A stretch of DNA of 63,921 nucleotides, filler included, from Octopus bimaculoides (Eukaryota): NCBI RefSeq assembly GCF_001194135.2. It is 5 parts of 5 records of this genome, joined end to end, with 100 filler letters (N's around TTAATTAATTAA, not from the genome) between each part and the next. Parts side by side here need not be neighbours in the genome. Positions count along the whole stretch, not along the records: positions 61,403 to 63,921 come from NC_068989.1; 4 more parts are not named here. One strand, 5' to 3'. The notes below the pieces were generated by a model. The model saw only the letters and a program-made list of their open reading frames with translations. It was not told the DNA's origin and did no database searches. Each line of letters starts with the position of its first letter. Position 1 is the stretch's first letter. Positions 61,359 to 63,921 of the stretch are shown here, in pieces. The translations under genes were made by a program, and so were the position numbers.

Positions 61359-61611
61359 NNNNNNNNNNNNNNNNNNNNNNNNNNNNNNNNNNNNNNNNNN
61401 NNCATACATGTATATATATATATGTATGTATTTACGTATGTATGTGTTTTAAAGCTTATAAGAAATTAGAAGTTAGCAATTCGAAACTGAATGCTGGCTT
61501 TGATAGCTTTTCAAATACGGCTCAGAAAAAATGTTCTATTCTCATCAATTAAATCCTAATTAGAAATTATGTACGAAATTCATATCATTAAGAACTACTA
61601 CTACTACAACA

Positions 61612-61678
<67 letters not shown>

Positions 61679-61916
61679 GTGATAACATTAATAATGATAG
61701 TAACAATGCTTTATTTGTCAATAAGGGTTGGAACAGGGCAAACCAATGTGGGGTTATATAAACAGAAACGAGTAATCAGTAAAAAAGATAACAATATAAT
61801 TCCTCCAAAGAAGGAAACTCCCTAGGGCTGATCGTGGAGACCTCACAAAATCACAGTTGCCCTGACCATTAGGGCAAGTACCCTCTCCACATTGTCTTCG
61901 TTCAATTTATATTTAT

Positions 61917-62227
61917 ACTAGCTGTTTTTCCCGGTTTCACTCGGGCAGTGTGGTGTATTTGGTTAAAGGCTATTTCCTATGTATATTTTGAATAATAAAA
62001 AGAACTAAAAATAAAAAAAAACAAAAATTCCCAAAACAAAAAAAAGTAAGAACAACCCAAAAACAATACGATGCTAAGGATTTTGCGGGTCGATATTGTA
62101 AAACTAACTTCACGTGTGTACCCATAGCCCCATGTAGTCACGGAACCTTATTTGTGGTATAACCTCGCCTTAAAAGAAAAACATATGGTAGTGCGGTTGT
62201 TGTATTGGCGACACAAGAATGTTAATC
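61917..62227 (+). mobile_element. Possible Helitron/Helentron-type non-autonomous element, 5' end
   Basis: Starts ACTAGCTGTTTTT-CCCG-GTTTCACT-CGGG, a terminus-plus-hairpin layout recalled from such elements; runs into a gap. Confidence 0.3.
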
Positions 62228-62944
62228 NNNNNNNNNNNNNNNNNNNNNNNNNNNNNNNNNNNNNNNNNNNNNNNNNNNNNNNNNNNNNNNNNNNNNNNNN
62301 NNNNNNNNNNNNNNNNNNNNNNNNNNNNNNNNNNNNNNNNNNNNNNNNNNNNNNNNNNNNNNNNNNNNNNNNNNNNNNNNNNNNNNNNNNNNNNNNNNNN
62401 NNNNNNNNNNNNNNNNNNNNNNNNNNNNNNNNNNNNNNNNNNNNNNNNNNNNNNNNNNNNNNNNNNNNNNNNNNNNNNNNNNNNNNNNNNNNNNNNNNNN
62501 NNNNNNNNNNCGAAAAACAAACCCAGCCACATTACTTGGAAAAAAATAATCTTTATTGTGCTGGTTTTTCGTAAAATTTCGCGCATGGGAAAGGCAACAA
62601 AATCGCCCCTCCCCACTTTGAATGGGATATTCCTATCTTAAAAAGTAATAATCGATTATCTCGGTAACCATGAGAGTTGGAGGGCAATAGAAATCTCCTG
62701 AACATGAGCGGACCATGCTGCCGCTCTGTGCTGAATTTCACGCGATTCCACTGCACCGTTCTCGAGTGAATCTGCCGACACTCAATCAATCAATCAATCA
62801 AGCAATCAAGAACACTGCAATTTATATTTATATTTATATTTAACAACTCTTAACCTTCATTTTAACCTTCATTTTTCGAGGGCGCTGGGTGTGTATTGAC
62901 AAATGATTGCATCGAACATGTAGTTTAAAAGAAAAAATGATACT

Positions 62945-63310
62945 GATTTTAAATTTTGGCACAAGGCCAGCAATTTCAGGGGCAGGGTTAAGTCGATTAC
63001 ATCGACCTTAGTGCTCAACTGGTACTTATTTCATCGATCCTGAGAGAACGAAAGGCAAGGTCGACCTCGGCGGAATTTCAACTCAAAACGCTGAAATGGA
63101 ATAAATGTCGCACATCAAAAATAATAATCTTTTCTATTATAGGCATAAGTCCTGAAATTTTGGGTGACGAGGATAGTCGATTACATCGACCCCAATGCTC
63201 AGCTAGTACTTATTCTATCGACCCCAAAAGGATAAAATGCATAGTCAATTTCGGCAGAATTTGAACGCAAAATGTAAAGCCGGAAGAAATGCCACTAAGC
63301 AATTTTTTCA
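62945..63310 (-). mobile_element. Two tandem SINE family B copies
   Basis: 62945-63115 and 63135-63310, same orientation, separated by a short AT/TAT-rich linker. Confidence 0.75.
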
Positions 63311-63882
63311 ATGCTTTAATGACTATCAATACAATGTTGTTAATATTGATTGTAATGGTGCTAGTGATGCTAAAGTTGTTGGTTATATTAATTACTGTAA
63401 TGATAATATAGTTTACGATAATAACTGTAATCCTGATGACAAAACAGTGTTATAATGGCAGCGTTAGATTATATTATACAGTCGGTATACTGTCTAGTGG
63501 TTTATTGTATCTTTATTGTATAGTGTGAAGTCACAATACAATCCTTAGTGGTTTTCTGGTTATATTACCTTCTTAGGTTTTTTGATGATCCATAATTCAG
63601 GAAAATCTAATAAATTTTGTGCCAACAAGCTGTCGCGTTTTCAGATTTATTTTTTATGTACAGTACACGTTATGGTCCCTTCCATTTTAGGCTAACAACA
63701 CACAATGCATGTCCGATTAGTATATGCGAGAGGAGGTCATCGCTCCAATCTCTTGTCTTACACACGGACTCGAGTTTCTGGATGGTTACTCGTCCTCAGA
63801 TATATATATTTGAAACTCCGAGTACTATTATGACAACTTATTGATTGTCCTAAACTATACATACATGTATATATATACATAC

Positions 63883-63921
<39 letters not shown>

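Overview
This is eukaryotic, repeat-dense, gap-ridden DNA, most likely from an octopus. That assignment is an inference from the SINE/RTE repeat repertoire, the extreme microsatellite load and a metazoan FKBP15 orthologue. The only host-gene sequence I can support is two spliced, in-phase exons of FKBP15 (36987-37081 and 37271-37340, + strand); I could not find the flanking exons. Nearly all ORF-track entries are microsatellite or N-gap artefacts. The rest is mobile DNA: two tRNA-derived SINE families (about 30 copies or fragments), RTE LINE 3' ends with (GAT)n tails, R4/Dong-type REL-endonuclease LINE fragments, a Tc1/mariner transposase remnant, mariner/piggyBac/hAT MITEs and Helentron-associated elements. 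Four N44-TTAATTAATTAA-N44 blocks are artificial scaffold linkers. The most interesting signals are three. (1) Several small Penelope-like elements carry minimal hammerhead-ribozyme motifs, including a head-to-head pair in a 168-bp palindrome (34139-34306) and a three-copy family with a CUG-U-N-GA core variant. (2) Three diverged R4/Dong fragments each begin directly after a (TACA)n array, suggesting microsatellite targeting. (3) The CpG-depleted FKBP15-bearing block is rich in inverted repeats that could form dsRNA. No tools were available. Family names come from recalled motifs, and repeat boundaries are approximate unless termini or splice sites are quoted.
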